This document shows positions 9,355-20,120 of a stretch of 64,000 bases of DNA, in pieces. Numbering within the stretch: position 1 is the stretch's first letter; each line of letters begins with the position of its first letter. Source of the DNA: Leptolyngbyaceae cyanobacterium. Its GTDB lineage: Bacteria; Cyanobacteriota; Cyanobacteriia; Phormidesmidales; Phormidesmidaceae. The translations under genes were made by a program, and so were the position numbers. Below the pieces are notes generated by a model that ran no database searches, was not told the origin of the DNA, and saw only the letters and a list, made by a program, of their open reading frames with translations. The stretch covers positions 64,001-128,000 of the forward strand of contig CBDHHL010000056.1 in the NCBI GenBank assembly GCA_965263355.1, given 5' to 3'.

Positions 9355-12312
9355 TTAAATAATCCCGAGAGTTTTCTGAATTAACGCCGTACCATCGATA
9401 ACTGGTTGAACCGGAATCGGATTGGCATAGGAGAGACGCTTTTCCAACCGAGGTTGACTAGAACGGGCTTGAGAGATAACGGACGTACTTTCGAGCAGGT
9501 CAAACATATTGACATACCCTACCAACCGCTGACCCGTTTGAGTTTGATATCCACGGGGATAGGGCACAGTGTCGTCACCAAAGGCCGCTTTGTATTCGTC
9601 ACTGTCAATGTAAGCGTCAATATCAGCATCGTAGCCTTGATTATCGACCATGCTACTGTGGTAAACAGCCTCTTCATAGCTTTCAGGAGCCCGGCCTAGC
9701 AGATGCTTGAAGTTAAGCTCATGGCAACGATAGCGAGGAGAACTATTGATAAAGCGAGTCTTGTACAGATCTGACTTGGCTAGAGCACGAACAAAATCGC
9801 GAACGGTCAAATCTCCATTGCGGAGCTGTGACTCAGCGGCTACCAAACGCTCGCTTTCCATCACATGGGCATTGCCTAAAACCTGCTTATAAGCCGCTCT
9901 AATCACCAATGCAACATCCTCTTCAGAGGCCCCTGGAACAAACTTGACTGGAGCAGTGTGATCTAATGTGTTGTACTGGTTCTGTAGAATTGCCGAACGC
10001 TCAAACCTGGATAGAGCACTAGTTGCATCTAAGCTAAACGAATAGTCTGGAGTGACCGTGGGAATTTCAGGTTTAGCCGTTGGTCTTCCAACGGCTGGCA
10101 CAGTGGCTGGCACAGTGGCCTCAGAAATTTCGGGAATGTTGCTGGACCGATTGCTCAGTAGAGACTGTTCTAAGGCGGCACCACCATGCTGGCTAAAGGG
10201 TTTATCGCTGCTAGAGGCTCCGCGCAATAACTGGAAGGAGTGAGTATAGCTGGCTATGCGCTTGCCTGTTTGCGTTTGATAGCCCCGGAAGTAGGGAACG
10301 ATGTTAGCGCCAAAGGCTTGGAAATATTCATCGCTATCTAGATAGGTATCAATGTCAGCGTAGAACCCTTGCTCAGCCAAAATTTGAATATGATGAGAGA
10401 TTTCTGCAGCATTCTCAGGCGCACGCCCTAGCAAATGCTTGAAGTTTAATTCAACTGTTTTTAGGTTGGTGCATCCCTCGTAGAACAAATCGCGATATCT
10501 GTCTGACTTCGCCAGGGCCCGAACAAATTCAAGGACGGTAATATCACCATTACGTAACTGTGATTCAGCCATGGGAAACCGCTCGCTTTCCATCAGATGG
10601 GCATTGCCAAACACCTGTTTATAGGCGGCTTCAATGACTAAATCGATTTGGGTTGTACTGTCACCAACCACTCGTTCAATGGGGTGTTGCTCAGCAAATG
10701 AGTCAGTGTAGGGGGCAACGATAGACGGCGAGCCAACATCCTGTTTAGAAACAAAGATCTCAGTGCCAATGGCTTGGGCTAACTGGAACCCCTTAGGATT
10801 GAAAACGTTTTCCTGCTTGGATTGGAAGTTTTTAGCTAGGGCTGTTTGTAGTTGCGATCGCTGGCTGGTTTGAATTGAGTCAGCAACGGTGCGATCGCTA
10901 CTGGATAATCCTTTAACCAATTCAAAGATACGGTTATAGCCAGCGACATTCTTACCCGTTTGAGTGGCGTAACTCACATAGTAGGGAACTGTGTCAGTGC
11001 CGAAGTTCTCATCATATTCTGGGGTGTCGAAGTAAGAATTAATTTCGGCCTCTAAACCGCCCTCAGCCAAAATGGCAAGATGTTTAGATACTTCCTTAAA
11101 GTCATCAGGGGCCCGACCCAGTAGGTGCTTAAAGTTCAATTCAATGGCCCGGACATTGGAACAACTCTCAAAGAACAGTGCCCGATACGCATCCGACTTA
11201 GCCAGGTTCCGGACAAACTCCTTGACGGTTAACGCACCATCTTTAAACTGGGACTCAGCCGTTAGCAGGCGCTGACTTTCCATCAGGTGGACATTACCAA
11301 ACACCTGTTTATAGGCCGTCCGAATAATTATCTCCTTGTCTTCATTGGAAGCCCCTGGGTAGAGCTTCACTGGCTGGCTGGCACGAGCAGCCGGAAAGGT
11401 CGCTGCTGCCTGCTTGGCGTTGTACTGCTGGACCCACTCGCTGGGAGTAACCGGTGCTGCCAAAAATGCAGCTGACTTGTAAAAGGGAATGTAATCTTCC
11501 TTGGTCAGCTGTTTTTCAGGCTGCTTGTATTCCTGGGGAGGAATAACTGGTGTTGGCACTGGTAAGGTTATCAACGGCTTAATCTCCGTGGGAGTGCCGC
11601 CTAACAGACCTGTTTGAATTTGAGGAGTGGTATTACTCTCAATGGATTTATCGCTACTGGGTGCCCCTTTCACCAGCTGGGATGAATGGGTAAATCCAGA
11701 CACCGATTTACCGGTCTGGGTGAGATGTCCACGATAGTAAGGCACCAAGTCTGTTCCAAATGCCTGGAAATATTCGTCACTATCTAGGTAAGAATCAATC
11801 TCAGCTTCAAACCCACCCTCGGCCAAAATCTGAATATGCTCAGAAATTTCGGCATGATTGTCAGGCGCACGCCCCAGCAAATGCTTAAAGTTTAATTCGA
11901 CCGTTCTGATGTTCGGGCAGTTTTCGAAAAATACGGCGCGGTAGCGGTCAGACTTAGCCAACCGACGCACAAACTCTAGTACGGTAATCTCGCCTCTGCG
12001 TAACTGAGATTCTGCGATCGCAGAGCGCTCACTTTCCATCAGATGGGCATTGCCAAACACCTGTTTGTATGCGGCCCGAATCACCACATCTAAATCAGTG
12101 ACTGAGTTAGTTCCGATCAGCTCTACAGGTTCACTAAAGGCATTGGCATAATTTTTCTGAACATCAAATTCGGCTTTTACGATGACCTCTGCTTGAGCCG
12201 TCTCAGCCACTTTTCTCTGTTCTAAAGCAGTCGCTAAATCAAAGCCTTCAGGATTAAATTGCTTTCTGTTAGCCTTGATTGCTGCAGGGCGAAACAACGT
12301 GTTGTTAATCAT
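9355..12312 (-). CDS. Phycobilisome linker polypeptide with four tandem linker (PBS_linker_poly-type) domains
   Basis: Four copies of AYKQV(F/L)GN.H.MES.R...AESQ...ELNFKHLLGRAP...D..EY...FG...VPY; no N-terminal phycobilin-binding domain. Confidence 0.92.
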   Translation of the reverse strand: MINNTLFRPAAIKANRKQFNPEGFDLATALEQRKVAETAQAEVIVKAEFDVQKNYANAFSEPVELIGTNSVTDLDVVIRAAYKQVFGNAHLMESERSAIAESQLRRGEITVLEFVRRLAKSDRYRAVFFENCPNIRTVELNFKHLLGRAPDNHAEISEHIQILAEGGFEAEIDSYLDSDEYFQAFGTDLVPYYRGHLTQTGKSVSGFTHSSQLVKGAPSSDKSIESNTTPQIQTGLLGGTPTEIKPLITLPVPTPVIPPQEYKQPEKQLTKEDYIPFYKSAAFLAAPVTPSEWVQQYNAKQAAATFPAARASQPVKLYPGASNEDKEIIIRTAYKQVFGNVHLMESQRLLTAESQFKDGALTVKEFVRNLAKSDAYRALFFESCSNVRAIELNFKHLLGRAPDDFKEVSKHLAILAEGGLEAEINSYFDTPEYDENFGTDTVPYYVSYATQTGKNVAGYNRIFELVKGLSSSDRTVADSIQTSQRSQLQTALAKNFQSKQENVFNPKGFQLAQAIGTEIFVSKQDVGSPSIVAPYTDSFAEQHPIERVVGDSTTQIDLVIEAAYKQVFGNAHLMESERFPMAESQLRNGDITVLEFVRALAKSDRYRDLFYEGCTNLKTVELNFKHLLGRAPENAAEISHHIQILAEQGFYADIDTYLDSDEYFQAFGANIVPYFRGYQTQTGKRIASYTHSFQLLRGASSSDKPFSQHGGAALEQSLLSNRSSNIPEISEATVPATVPAVGRPTAKPEIPTVTPDYSFSLDATSALSRFERSAILQNQYNTLDHTAPVKFVPGASEEDVALVIRAAYKQVLGNAHVMESERLVAAESQLRNGDLTVRDFVRALAKSDLYKTRFINSSPRYRCHELNFKHLLGRAPESYEEAVYHSSMVDNQGYDADIDAYIDSDEYKAAFGDDTVPYPRGYQTQTGQRLVGYVNMFDLLESTSVISQARSSQPRLEKRLSYANPIPVQPVIDGTALIQKTLGII

Positions 12313-12714
12313 AGATTTGGCAATACCTTCCTCTATTTGAAAATTTTGGTACGCTCCACCGTTTAGAATGGCAACGCTTTACTCTAGCGAACTCCGATCA
12401 TCTGTAAGCGCTACGCATAAAGGGCTTCACCTTTTAGAGCCTGTGTAGAGCTTGACCACACTGTAGTCAATCGCGAAAACCATTGCCTGGTCAACGTTTC
12501 AGATAATATCTACGTACTTGAGTCTGCCAGAAAACTGGATCCAGGTGTAAAGACTTGTAATAACTTGAAAAGCTGAGTTTAATTTATGCCAGATTTTCTG
12601 GATCTGTTTAACCTTCCATAGCAGCAGTTGCTAGATGTTCCGCTGATTTCAACCTGGCCCCTAAGCGCCATGGCCATACAATACTAACTATGGCCCGCTA
12701 CTCCTAATTTCCCG

Positions 12715-13305
12715 ATGAAATTTTTTGAAAAACCTGGCGCTGATCTGGCTGACCGAGTCCCCCCAGGTCAACATTTAGCCAAAGGGTTTCCAGTATTAAC
12801 CTATGGCCCTACGCCAGAGATAACCCAGGACGATTGGCAGTTGAACCTATCGGGATTAGTAACACCTAAAACCTTGAACTGGGCCGATCTCCTGGCCTTA
12901 CCTCAGCATCAGTTCACAGCAGATTTCCACTGCGTTACCACCTGGAGCAAGTTGGATGTGGTCTGGATGGGGGTAAAGGTAACAGATTTATTAGCGACCG
13001 TGGATGTCGATGACAAAGCAGCCCATGTGATGGCCCACTGTTACGGTGGATACACCACTAATTTAGCGATGGAGGATTTTGCTCGACCTGAAAATTTTCT
13101 GGCCCATACGTTAGAAGGTGAACCACTGCCTGCAGACCATGGGGGCCCCTTGCGATTAGTTGTGCCCCACTTATATGCGTGGAAAAGTGCTAAGTGGCTC
13201 AGCGGTTTAGAATTTCTTGCAGAACCAGTCCTCGGATTTTGGGAACGGAATGGCTATCACCAACGGGGTGAACCCTGGGCGGAAGAACGCTATGGTGATC
13301 GATAA
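12715..13305 (+). CDS. Sulfite-oxidase-like molybdopterin oxidoreductase
   Basis: RVPPGQ, DFHCVTTWS, HGGPLRLVVPHLYAWKSAKW and GFWERNGYH. Confidence 0.9.
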   Translation: MKFFEKPGADLADRVPPGQHLAKGFPVLTYGPTPEITQDDWQLNLSGLVTPKTLNWADLLALPQHQFTADFHCVTTWSKLDVVWMGVKVTDLLATVDVDDKAAHVMAHCYGGYTTNLAMEDFARPENFLAHTLEGEPLPADHGGPLRLVVPHLYAWKSAKWLSGLEFLAEPVLGFWERNGYHQRGEPWAEERYGDR

Positions 13306-13436
13306 AAATCCGTAGGAACACTAAATCGTCCTGATCGTCTTGTTATTTATCTGTAATCCTGACCATGGCTGTACAGGCCAGATCTCCTGAGAATGTCAGC
13401 ATACGTTGCGATGAAAACCGATAAATCACAGGACGC

Positions 13437-14219
13437 ATGTCGGCGATTAATGGCTCCACTCCAGACAAGATCAAGCAACAAATAGTTGAGACTTTACCCG
13501 CAGAGGCCCAACATTGGTTGATGGGCCTACCTTGGGTACAGCGTCGATACATACTATCGCTCTGCTATTTAATGTGTGCTACTCCACCAGAGGAGCAGGT
13601 ACAGTTTTTAGACGAGTACACGGCTGACGGTATCATTTCGCGCATCATCCACGATCAAGATACTCAGCAGCGAATTTACTATCATCTGCGTCGCTTCCGC
13701 ATCGAAACCCAGCTAACCGAAACAGTTCTTCGCAGCTATATTCGTCAATATTACTTGCACTCAGCCCAGGCCCGTCAGCGGCGTGACAAAGCCTATCTGG
13801 AATCCGCTATTCACCTGATGATGGATGGCCAGGAGCACAATCGTGTCTTAACTTATATTCTTGGGTTTGAGCTGCTGATCCTGATATTTAGTATGAGTTG
13901 GGAGCAGCACGAGCGATTCTATACGCTACAGTCCAATCAGGAAGACTTCTTCAATCGCTATATTCGCCCCATTCAGCGGGCCCATCGTCTGAATGGAATC
14001 ATTGTGCCTAAGGATGAGCATCGCTTTTTTGCTCGACGCGATTATTTTATTCGCATTCCTATTCTTAAGCCAAGACAGACAGTAGCCCTAATTATGGCTA
14101 GTTTTTCTCCCAAGCAGATCAGCCAGCTCGGTTCCATTGTTATGCGTCATCAAAATGCCCTGCAGTTTGATTACGACCATATTTTTCAACAAGATTCTGA
14201 CGCGGCTATTTTTGGCTAG
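13437..14219 (+). CDS. Hypothetical protein
   Basis: 260-aa ORF with no recognisable catalytic motif. Confidence 0.7.
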   Translation: MSAINGSTPDKIKQQIVETLPAEAQHWLMGLPWVQRRYILSLCYLMCATPPEEQVQFLDEYTADGIISRIIHDQDTQQRIYYHLRRFRIETQLTETVLRSYIRQYYLHSAQARQRRDKAYLESAIHLMMDGQEHNRVLTYILGFELLILIFSMSWEQHERFYTLQSNQEDFFNRYIRPIQRAHRLNGIIVPKDEHRFFARRDYFIRIPILKPRQTVALIMASFSPKQISQLGSIVMRHQNALQFDYDHIFQQDSDAAIFG

Positions 14220-14225
14220 CTATCC

Positions 14226-14486
14226 TTATTCCACAATGCGGATGACACCAGTCTGAATCGCATCAAATAGACGATTGATTTGGCAGCGTTCCTGTTCATC
14301 AACGGTGCCATCGGCTAATACCATCTTCGATAGGGACTGATACTGGGTGTAGGTAATGCGCTTGGACCTGATCAGCTGATCCACTAACTGAGTCACTTCA
14401 TTGTCTTCTGTGGCAGTATTTTCTAGCTGATCGTCACTGTTGGCAGGTGGATTCGGATTGTCAAAAGAATTGTCCATAGCGTTCAC
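14226..14486 (-). CDS. Small hypothetical protein
   Basis: 86-aa ORF (alternative ATG at 14477); acidic N-terminus and LADGTVDEQER motif. Confidence 0.6.
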   Translation of the reverse strand: MNAMDNSFDNPNPPANSDDQLENTATEDNEVTQLVDQLIRSKRITYTQYQSLSKMVLADGTVDEQERCQINRLFDAIQTGVIRIVE

Positions 14487-14520
14487 AGAATCCCAATTTT
14501 TAGCGTTGACGCTGCACTAG
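14485..14520 (-). mobile_element. Solo IS630-type terminal sequence
   Basis: Reverse complement CTAGTGCAGCGTCAACGCTAAAAATTGGGATTCTGT matches the end of the IS630 at 60034 and the copy at 55986. Confidence 0.75.
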
Positions 14521-14569
14521 GACTTTATCAAGTAAATCCCCTGACAAATCAGTAATGCCACAGGAAAAT

Positions 14570-16222
14570 TCAAGATTTGCTTGCTGGCGACATGGCCGCA
14601 TTATCGTCTGCATTGAGGAGGGCAATGGCTGCGTCCAGAGAGTCTGCTTCATTAATGAATTTATCATGTCGCCAGCGTAAAATACGGGGAAAGCGTACTG
14701 AAATGCCTGATTTGTGACGCTTAGATTGGGCAATGCCTTCAAACCCAATTTCAAATACATGGGTGGGCTCAACGGAGCGGACAGGGCCAAACCGTTCACG
14801 GGTATGACGACGAATCCACTTATCGAGGGTAGCAATTTCATGGTTATCTAGCCCTGAATATGCTTTTGCAAACGTCACTAGCTCGTCTCCATGCCAGAGG
14901 GCAAACGTATAGTCCGTAAATAGGTTGGCCCGTTTGCCGCTACCTGCTTGGGCGTAGATCAAAACCGCATCTAAGGTCATGGGGTCTACCTTATATTTCC
15001 ACCAATATCCCCGTTTGCGTCCCACCAAATAGGGACTTTTGAGGGCTTTAATCATTAATCCTTCGGCCCGATGTTGACGGGATTGGCTTCTGAGCAGCTG
15101 TAATTGTTCAAAGGTATCAAACGTGAGCAGTTGGGAATAGCTGATGTAGGGCGTATCGTAGATATCTAGTAAGTCCGTTAGCAGTTGACGACGCTGAGCG
15201 AGGGGGCGTTGGCGAAGGTCTTCTCCTTGGTGCTCTAACAGATCGTAGGCCAGGAAATGGACCGGATTGTCAGCCATGAGTTTTGGCCCAACTCGCTTAC
15301 GCCCCAGGCGCTTTTGTAAGTAATTAAAGTGCAAAGGCTGCTGACCATCCCAGCAGACAATTTCACCATCAAGGACGGTGCCATCGGGCAATTGTTGTAG
15401 CGGTTCTGCAAATTCAGGAAATTGATGGGTGATCAGATCCTCGCCCCGCGACCAGATAAAGTATTGCTCAGCCCGATGAATCATTTGAGCCCGAATGCCG
15501 TCCCACTTCCATTCAGCTTGCCAATCCGCCATGGTTTCCTGGGCAAATTTATCTACATCTATGGGCGATGCTAGAAAAAATGGATAGGGACGGCTGGGGA
15601 CCACCTGGGGCGTTTCACTTTGAATTAGCGTTTGGGTAAGCGTCTGGTAAAACTCTACAGACGGCGTAAAATCACCCATCAATCGATAAGTAATTAAATC
15701 CGCAGGAATATCGTATTCAGCAGCTAACGCTTTGACGACTAATTTGGTGGAGACGCCTACTCGGAAGGCTCCGGTCAAAATTTTGTTCAGTACAAAAACT
15801 TCATACCTGTTTAAGCTTGCCCACCAGGAAATGACCAGGGTCTTCTGTTCTTCGGCACTACAGGTTTTTACCTGGGGAATGATGGTTTCTAACCAAGTGT
15901 GTAAGGTCTGGTTCTGAAACTCTGGGCAAGCTGGGGGGAGGGGAGTATCATGCAGGAGTAGAGCAATGGTTTCTGCGGAATCGCCCACATGGGCATAGCT
16001 GGCTTCAAATAGCCATTCAGGAATATTGGATATCTGTAGAAAAATATCCCGTAATGTGCGTGATGTAACCAGACGTTTACGGGTTTTGCCCAGAAACAGA
16101 TATAACGCCCAAACTGCATTGGTCGCTGACTCATTGCGAAAATATCGCTGTAGCGCCGCTACTTTTTCATTGGTGGAGGTGGTACTGTCCACGGCTTGAA
16201 AAAGTTGGGTAAATTGTTTCAT
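14570..16222 (-). CDS. ATP-dependent DNA ligase
   Basis: Motif I EWKWDGIR, LDGE, EGLMIK, WWKYK and SVRFPRI. Confidence 0.93.
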   Translation of the reverse strand: MKQFTQLFQAVDSTTSTNEKVAALQRYFRNESATNAVWALYLFLGKTRKRLVTSRTLRDIFLQISNIPEWLFEASYAHVGDSAETIALLLHDTPLPPACPEFQNQTLHTWLETIIPQVKTCSAEEQKTLVISWWASLNRYEVFVLNKILTGAFRVGVSTKLVVKALAAEYDIPADLITYRLMGDFTPSVEFYQTLTQTLIQSETPQVVPSRPYPFFLASPIDVDKFAQETMADWQAEWKWDGIRAQMIHRAEQYFIWSRGEDLITHQFPEFAEPLQQLPDGTVLDGEIVCWDGQQPLHFNYLQKRLGRKRVGPKLMADNPVHFLAYDLLEHQGEDLRQRPLAQRRQLLTDLLDIYDTPYISYSQLLTFDTFEQLQLLRSQSRQHRAEGLMIKALKSPYLVGRKRGYWWKYKVDPMTLDAVLIYAQAGSGKRANLFTDYTFALWHGDELVTFAKAYSGLDNHEIATLDKWIRRHTRERFGPVRSVEPTHVFEIGFEGIAQSKRHKSGISVRFPRILRWRHDKFINEADSLDAAIALLNADDNAAMSPASKS

Positions 16223-16492
16223 GACGTAAAATAATGCCGGGAAAGATATGGGAAAACTTACGGGCCAGACTGAGAGTAAATGTAGTTACTTATGACAGAT
16301 GAATTTTTAAATATGGATATAATCTTAAAAAATAATTAATTTTCATATTATTCTCGATATGGCTAGTGGTGCATCCCGCTAAAAAAGTATCGATAGGCGT
16401 GTTGATGAGTGAGTGGTATCATCCCCTCGAGTATTGAAGTCTGAAAAAGCACTAGTTCGCAGTTTGTAGAAGTCCAGCCGCAATTATTATTT

Positions 16493-17131
16493 ATGGCAAA
16501 AAATATTGAACACAATAGGGCTACTCATGCGTCCAATTATGCGTCCAATGGTTCAAGTGGTCGCATGACAAGTAGAGAACTCAAGCTGTCCCCAGTAGAC
16601 GGAGCCTTGTTTGCTCCCTATAGGGACAGTGTTATGTCTGACAGTCGCGATCGCATGGCGATTCTGATTGATGGAGCAAATTTATTCTATTCCGCTTCTT
16701 ACCTGGGCATTGAAGTAGACTACGTTCGTTTGCTGAAGACACTCGTGGGCGAGCGACAGCTGCTGCGGTCTTACTTTTATACCGGTGTGGACCCCAAAAA
16801 TGAAAAGCAGCGGGGCTTTTTGCTTTGGTTAAACCGTAATGGGTACCGCGTTGTCAGTAAAGATCTAGCGCAAGTTGCCGATGGTGCACGACGGGCTAAC
16901 CTGCATGTAGAAATGTCGGTGGATATGATTCGTTTGGCGGACCATTGCGACACAATTACACTGCTCAGTGGGGATGGGCAATTGACCTATGCTGTAGATG
17001 CCCTCAGTTATCGAGGTGTAAGGGTAGAATTGGTAAGCTTGCAATCGATGACTAGCGATACGTTGATTGATTTAGCGGATCGCTACACAGATCTGGCTGC
17101 ATTACGGGACAGCATTTGTAAAGCGAATTAG
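16493..17131 (+). CDS. NYN domain (LabA/DUF88) protein
   Basis: IDGANLFY, LSGDG and SDTLIDLADRYTDL. Confidence 0.88.
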   Translation: MAKNIEHNRATHASNYASNGSSGRMTSRELKLSPVDGALFAPYRDSVMSDSRDRMAILIDGANLFYSASYLGIEVDYVRLLKTLVGERQLLRSYFYTGVDPKNEKQRGFLLWLNRNGYRVVSKDLAQVADGARRANLHVEMSVDMIRLADHCDTITLLSGDGQLTYAVDALSYRGVRVELVSLQSMTSDTLIDLADRYTDLAALRDSICKAN

Positions 17132-17281
17132 CGATTTTTAGAAAGTTTACATATCGATCCCCTGTATATAGTGACACTTTTCAGGCAAAGGATTAGTACG
17201 CTCCGATAGCCTATCCGGAGAATGGGCTGCTTCTGGTGGAGATCCGCATAGAATCAGCTTGAGCATTCGGGAGATCGCCTA

Positions 17282-18235
17282 ATGTATGTAGTAACCAATC
17301 GCAATCTGCAGCCAAATGCACGACCAGAAGAACGATTTGGAGCAGGATTTAACCAAAAGGGTCCCCATGAGCTAAGGCTAGCAGAAGCTCGCAAAGTTGT
17401 TGATCAGTGGCAGGTCGATATTTTAGAAGACCGGACTACCTACAACGGGGAAGACATGTGGGCTAGCGAAGCCGCATTTCTAACAGCGCAGCAGCGAATG
17501 CAACAAAAACAGACTAATGCTCTCTTTTTTGTACATGGGTTCAACACGAACTTTAGCGATGCGTTAGCAGCAGCCTACGCAATAGAACAGCTGTATAACC
17601 TTGAGGTGATCCTATTTACATGGCCGTCAAATGGTGGCGGTGGCATAGACGGGTTAGCCAGCTATCAGGATGATAAACGCGATGCGGCATTGTCCATTGG
17701 TGCACTAGATCGATGCTTTGAAAAGCTAGCCGTTTATTTCACTAAGTATGCAGAGCAAGCTTGTAAGCGAAAGTTTAGTCTGGCCATGCATAGTATGGGA
17801 AATTATCTCTTCAAACGGTTGTTATCATCTTCAATTTATCAGGGAGAAACACTGTTGTTTGACAACATTGTGATGCTGGCAGCTGATGTCAATAATAAGG
17901 ACCATGCATCTTGGGTTGATCGGGTGCGGTTTCGTAACAGATTGTTTATTACCATCAATGAAGACGATGCGGCATTGTTGGCATCCAAAGCTCTCCCTGG
18001 CGATGAACAAGAAGCGCGTTTAGGCCACTGGCCAAGAAATCTAACGGCACGCAATGCGACATATTTAGACTTTACCGATGCCGCAGAAATTGAGGCCCAT
18101 CATAATTATTTTACGGATAATAGTGCCCTAGATAATTCGAGAATTCGAGAGTTGTTTTCGCGGGCGTTTAATGGCAGTAAGGCAGAACGTGGGTTGACCT
18201 TTGATGCGGCAACAGGCGCGTATCGTGTGCTGTAA
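17282..18235 (+). CDS. Alpha/beta hydrolase (DUF900-like)
   Basis: VVTNR, FVHGFN, FTWPS, HSMGN nucleophile elbow and AADV. Confidence 0.88.
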   Translation: MYVVTNRNLQPNARPEERFGAGFNQKGPHELRLAEARKVVDQWQVDILEDRTTYNGEDMWASEAAFLTAQQRMQQKQTNALFFVHGFNTNFSDALAAAYAIEQLYNLEVILFTWPSNGGGGIDGLASYQDDKRDAALSIGALDRCFEKLAVYFTKYAEQACKRKFSLAMHSMGNYLFKRLLSSSIYQGETLLFDNIVMLAADVNNKDHASWVDRVRFRNRLFITINEDDAALLASKALPGDEQEARLGHWPRNLTARNATYLDFTDAAEIEAHHNYFTDNSALDNSRIRELFSRAFNGSKAERGLTFDAATGAYRVL

Positions 18236-18243
18236 CTTTTCCC

Positions 18244-19008
18244 TTACTGCGCTGTCATGCCACCATCAGCGGTGATAATAGAACCTGTCAACAACGAGGC
18301 CTCATCAGACGCCAAAAACAAAGCCAGATTGGCAATCTCTCTCGGTTCTCCAGGTCGGCCAATGGGTTGAAATGAGTCAATAGACTCATAGAGTTTCTCG
18401 ATGCCGCCGAGCAAATTGGCATGGGCATAATTAATAGGAGTATCAACCCAGCCAGGGCAAATACAATTACAGCGGATGCCTTGTTTGGCATAGTCCAGGG
18501 CAATGCCTCGGGTAAGCATGACAATGGCTCCTTTAGAGGCAGAGTAAACGGTCAGGTAGGGTTCGGAGACAAGTCCGTTAACGCTGGAGATATTGACAAT
18601 GGAGCCTTTGCCCTGTTTGAGCATGTGGGGAATAATGGCTCGACTAACGTACATGGTGCCTTTGACGTTGACGTTTAGGGTTTTGTCAATGGTCTCGTCA
18701 GTGGCTTCATGAAAGGTACCAGGGAGGTTTACGCCTGCATTGTTGATGAGGACATCAATGCTGCCGTAGATATTGATGCAGTGGTCGACAAAGGCACGCA
18801 CCTGGTCATCCTGGCTGATATCGGCAGTGAAGGCTGCGGCGGTGCCACCTGCGGTTTGGATATCTTGGGTCGTGGCGACAGCGGTGTCTGGGTTGATGTC
18901 GATGCAGAGGACCTTGCCACCTTCTTCGGCCAGACGAATGGCGGTGGCACGCCCGATGCCGGACCCTGCGCCTGTGACGATACAGGCTTTATTTTCAACT
19001 CTGCCCAT
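18244..19008 (-). CDS. Short-chain dehydrogenase/reductase
   Basis: TGAGSGIG, NNAG and YSASK. Confidence 0.93.
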   Translation of the reverse strand: MGRVENKACIVTGAGSGIGRATAIRLAEEGGKVLCIDINPDTAVATTQDIQTAGGTAAAFTADISQDDQVRAFVDHCINIYGSIDVLINNAGVNLPGTFHEATDETIDKTLNVNVKGTMYVSRAIIPHMLKQGKGSIVNISSVNGLVSEPYLTVYSASKGAIVMLTRGIALDYAKQGIRCNCICPGWVDTPINYAHANLLGGIEKLYESIDSFQPIGRPGEPREIANLALFLASDEASLLTGSIITADGGMTAQ

Positions 19009-19557
19009 AAGTATTAGTCCTATGAACGTTCCAATATTGCCAAGGGCGTTTGTCGTGTAATTGGCGAGATATTGGCTCTGCCACCAGGCAGTGGGTAGAG
19101 CCTGAGAGGACGTACGAGCCTAAGAAAATGTTCACTTTACAATTTTTATGCGAGAGAAGAAGAAACTAATCCTCGTGTTTTAGTCCCATTTGTTAAACTC
19201 CTACCAACCTACGGTGCCCTTTCACTCCATGGCCACCGTACTTCATAATGCTCTATCCTACAGCATCCTAAAACTTAAGAAAAGCATCTTTATAATAATT
19301 GCCATTAGTTACACTACCACACTGCAGATAAATTTCTTTTTATATGCTAAATCCATATTTCCCCATACTGTAAGTGACCCAAAAAATCATCAATAGCGTG
19401 TCAAATCGGGATGTTCAGATGGCAATTTCTTGCACCAATTTTCAATTATCTTTATTGATTTTTTAATATTATCTTTTAGCCATTTTCTAATCAGGCTCAA
19501 TGACTCTTCTTTTGGGTAGTTATGGGGTAACTAAAACCACAGTAAATCAGAAAAAAT

Positions 19558-20120
19558 TTGGCATACGTTTCAAAAAACGGCCCAGGAGTTAAGGCGAAAA
19601 AGAAGACCAAGAAACGCAGGAAGTCGAGTTCATCAGAGTCTTCTCCTCGCCAAGTCCGTACGCTCAAGCCGAGTGAAGAGTGTGAGCGCAGTTATGACGT
19701 GAAGCCAACAGTGTGCAAGGACTGTGGAGCGGAGTTGAGTGGAGATGATCGCTATCCACATCGGCATCAAGAGATAGAGTTGCCCCGGATTGAACCGTTG
19801 GTGATTGAATACCGTCTCCATCAGCTGAGTTGTTCGGTCTTTGGAGAGATGACCCGAGCGAGGTTACCGTTAGGGGTGTCCCCTTCCGCATATAGAGAGC
19901 GTTTGAGTGCCATCGTGAGTCTGTTGAGTGGACCGTATCGTCAAAGCTATCGTCAGGTTTGTCGATGGATGGATGAGGTGTTTGAGGTGCGATTGTCCCG
20001 TGGCAGTATTGGTCGTTTGCGCGAAGAGCTGAGTACGGCTCTCGAAGCTCCCGTGTCAGAGGCAAAAACATATGTTCAGTCTCAACCGAGGGTCCATAGT
20101 GATGAGACGGGATTTCCCCG
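19558..20120 (+). mobile_element. IS66-family transposase, 5' fragment
   Basis: CKDCG zinc finger, RHQEIELP.I...VIEYRLH and VHSDETG, then abrupt truncation. Confidence 0.85.

Noticed and set aside
9355..12312. apcE (core-membrane linker)
   Set aside because: It lacks the N-terminal phycobiliprotein-like chromophore domain.
19664..20120. C-terminal half of the 296-aa ORF as real protein
   Set aside because: It is antisense read-through of the IS66 fragment.
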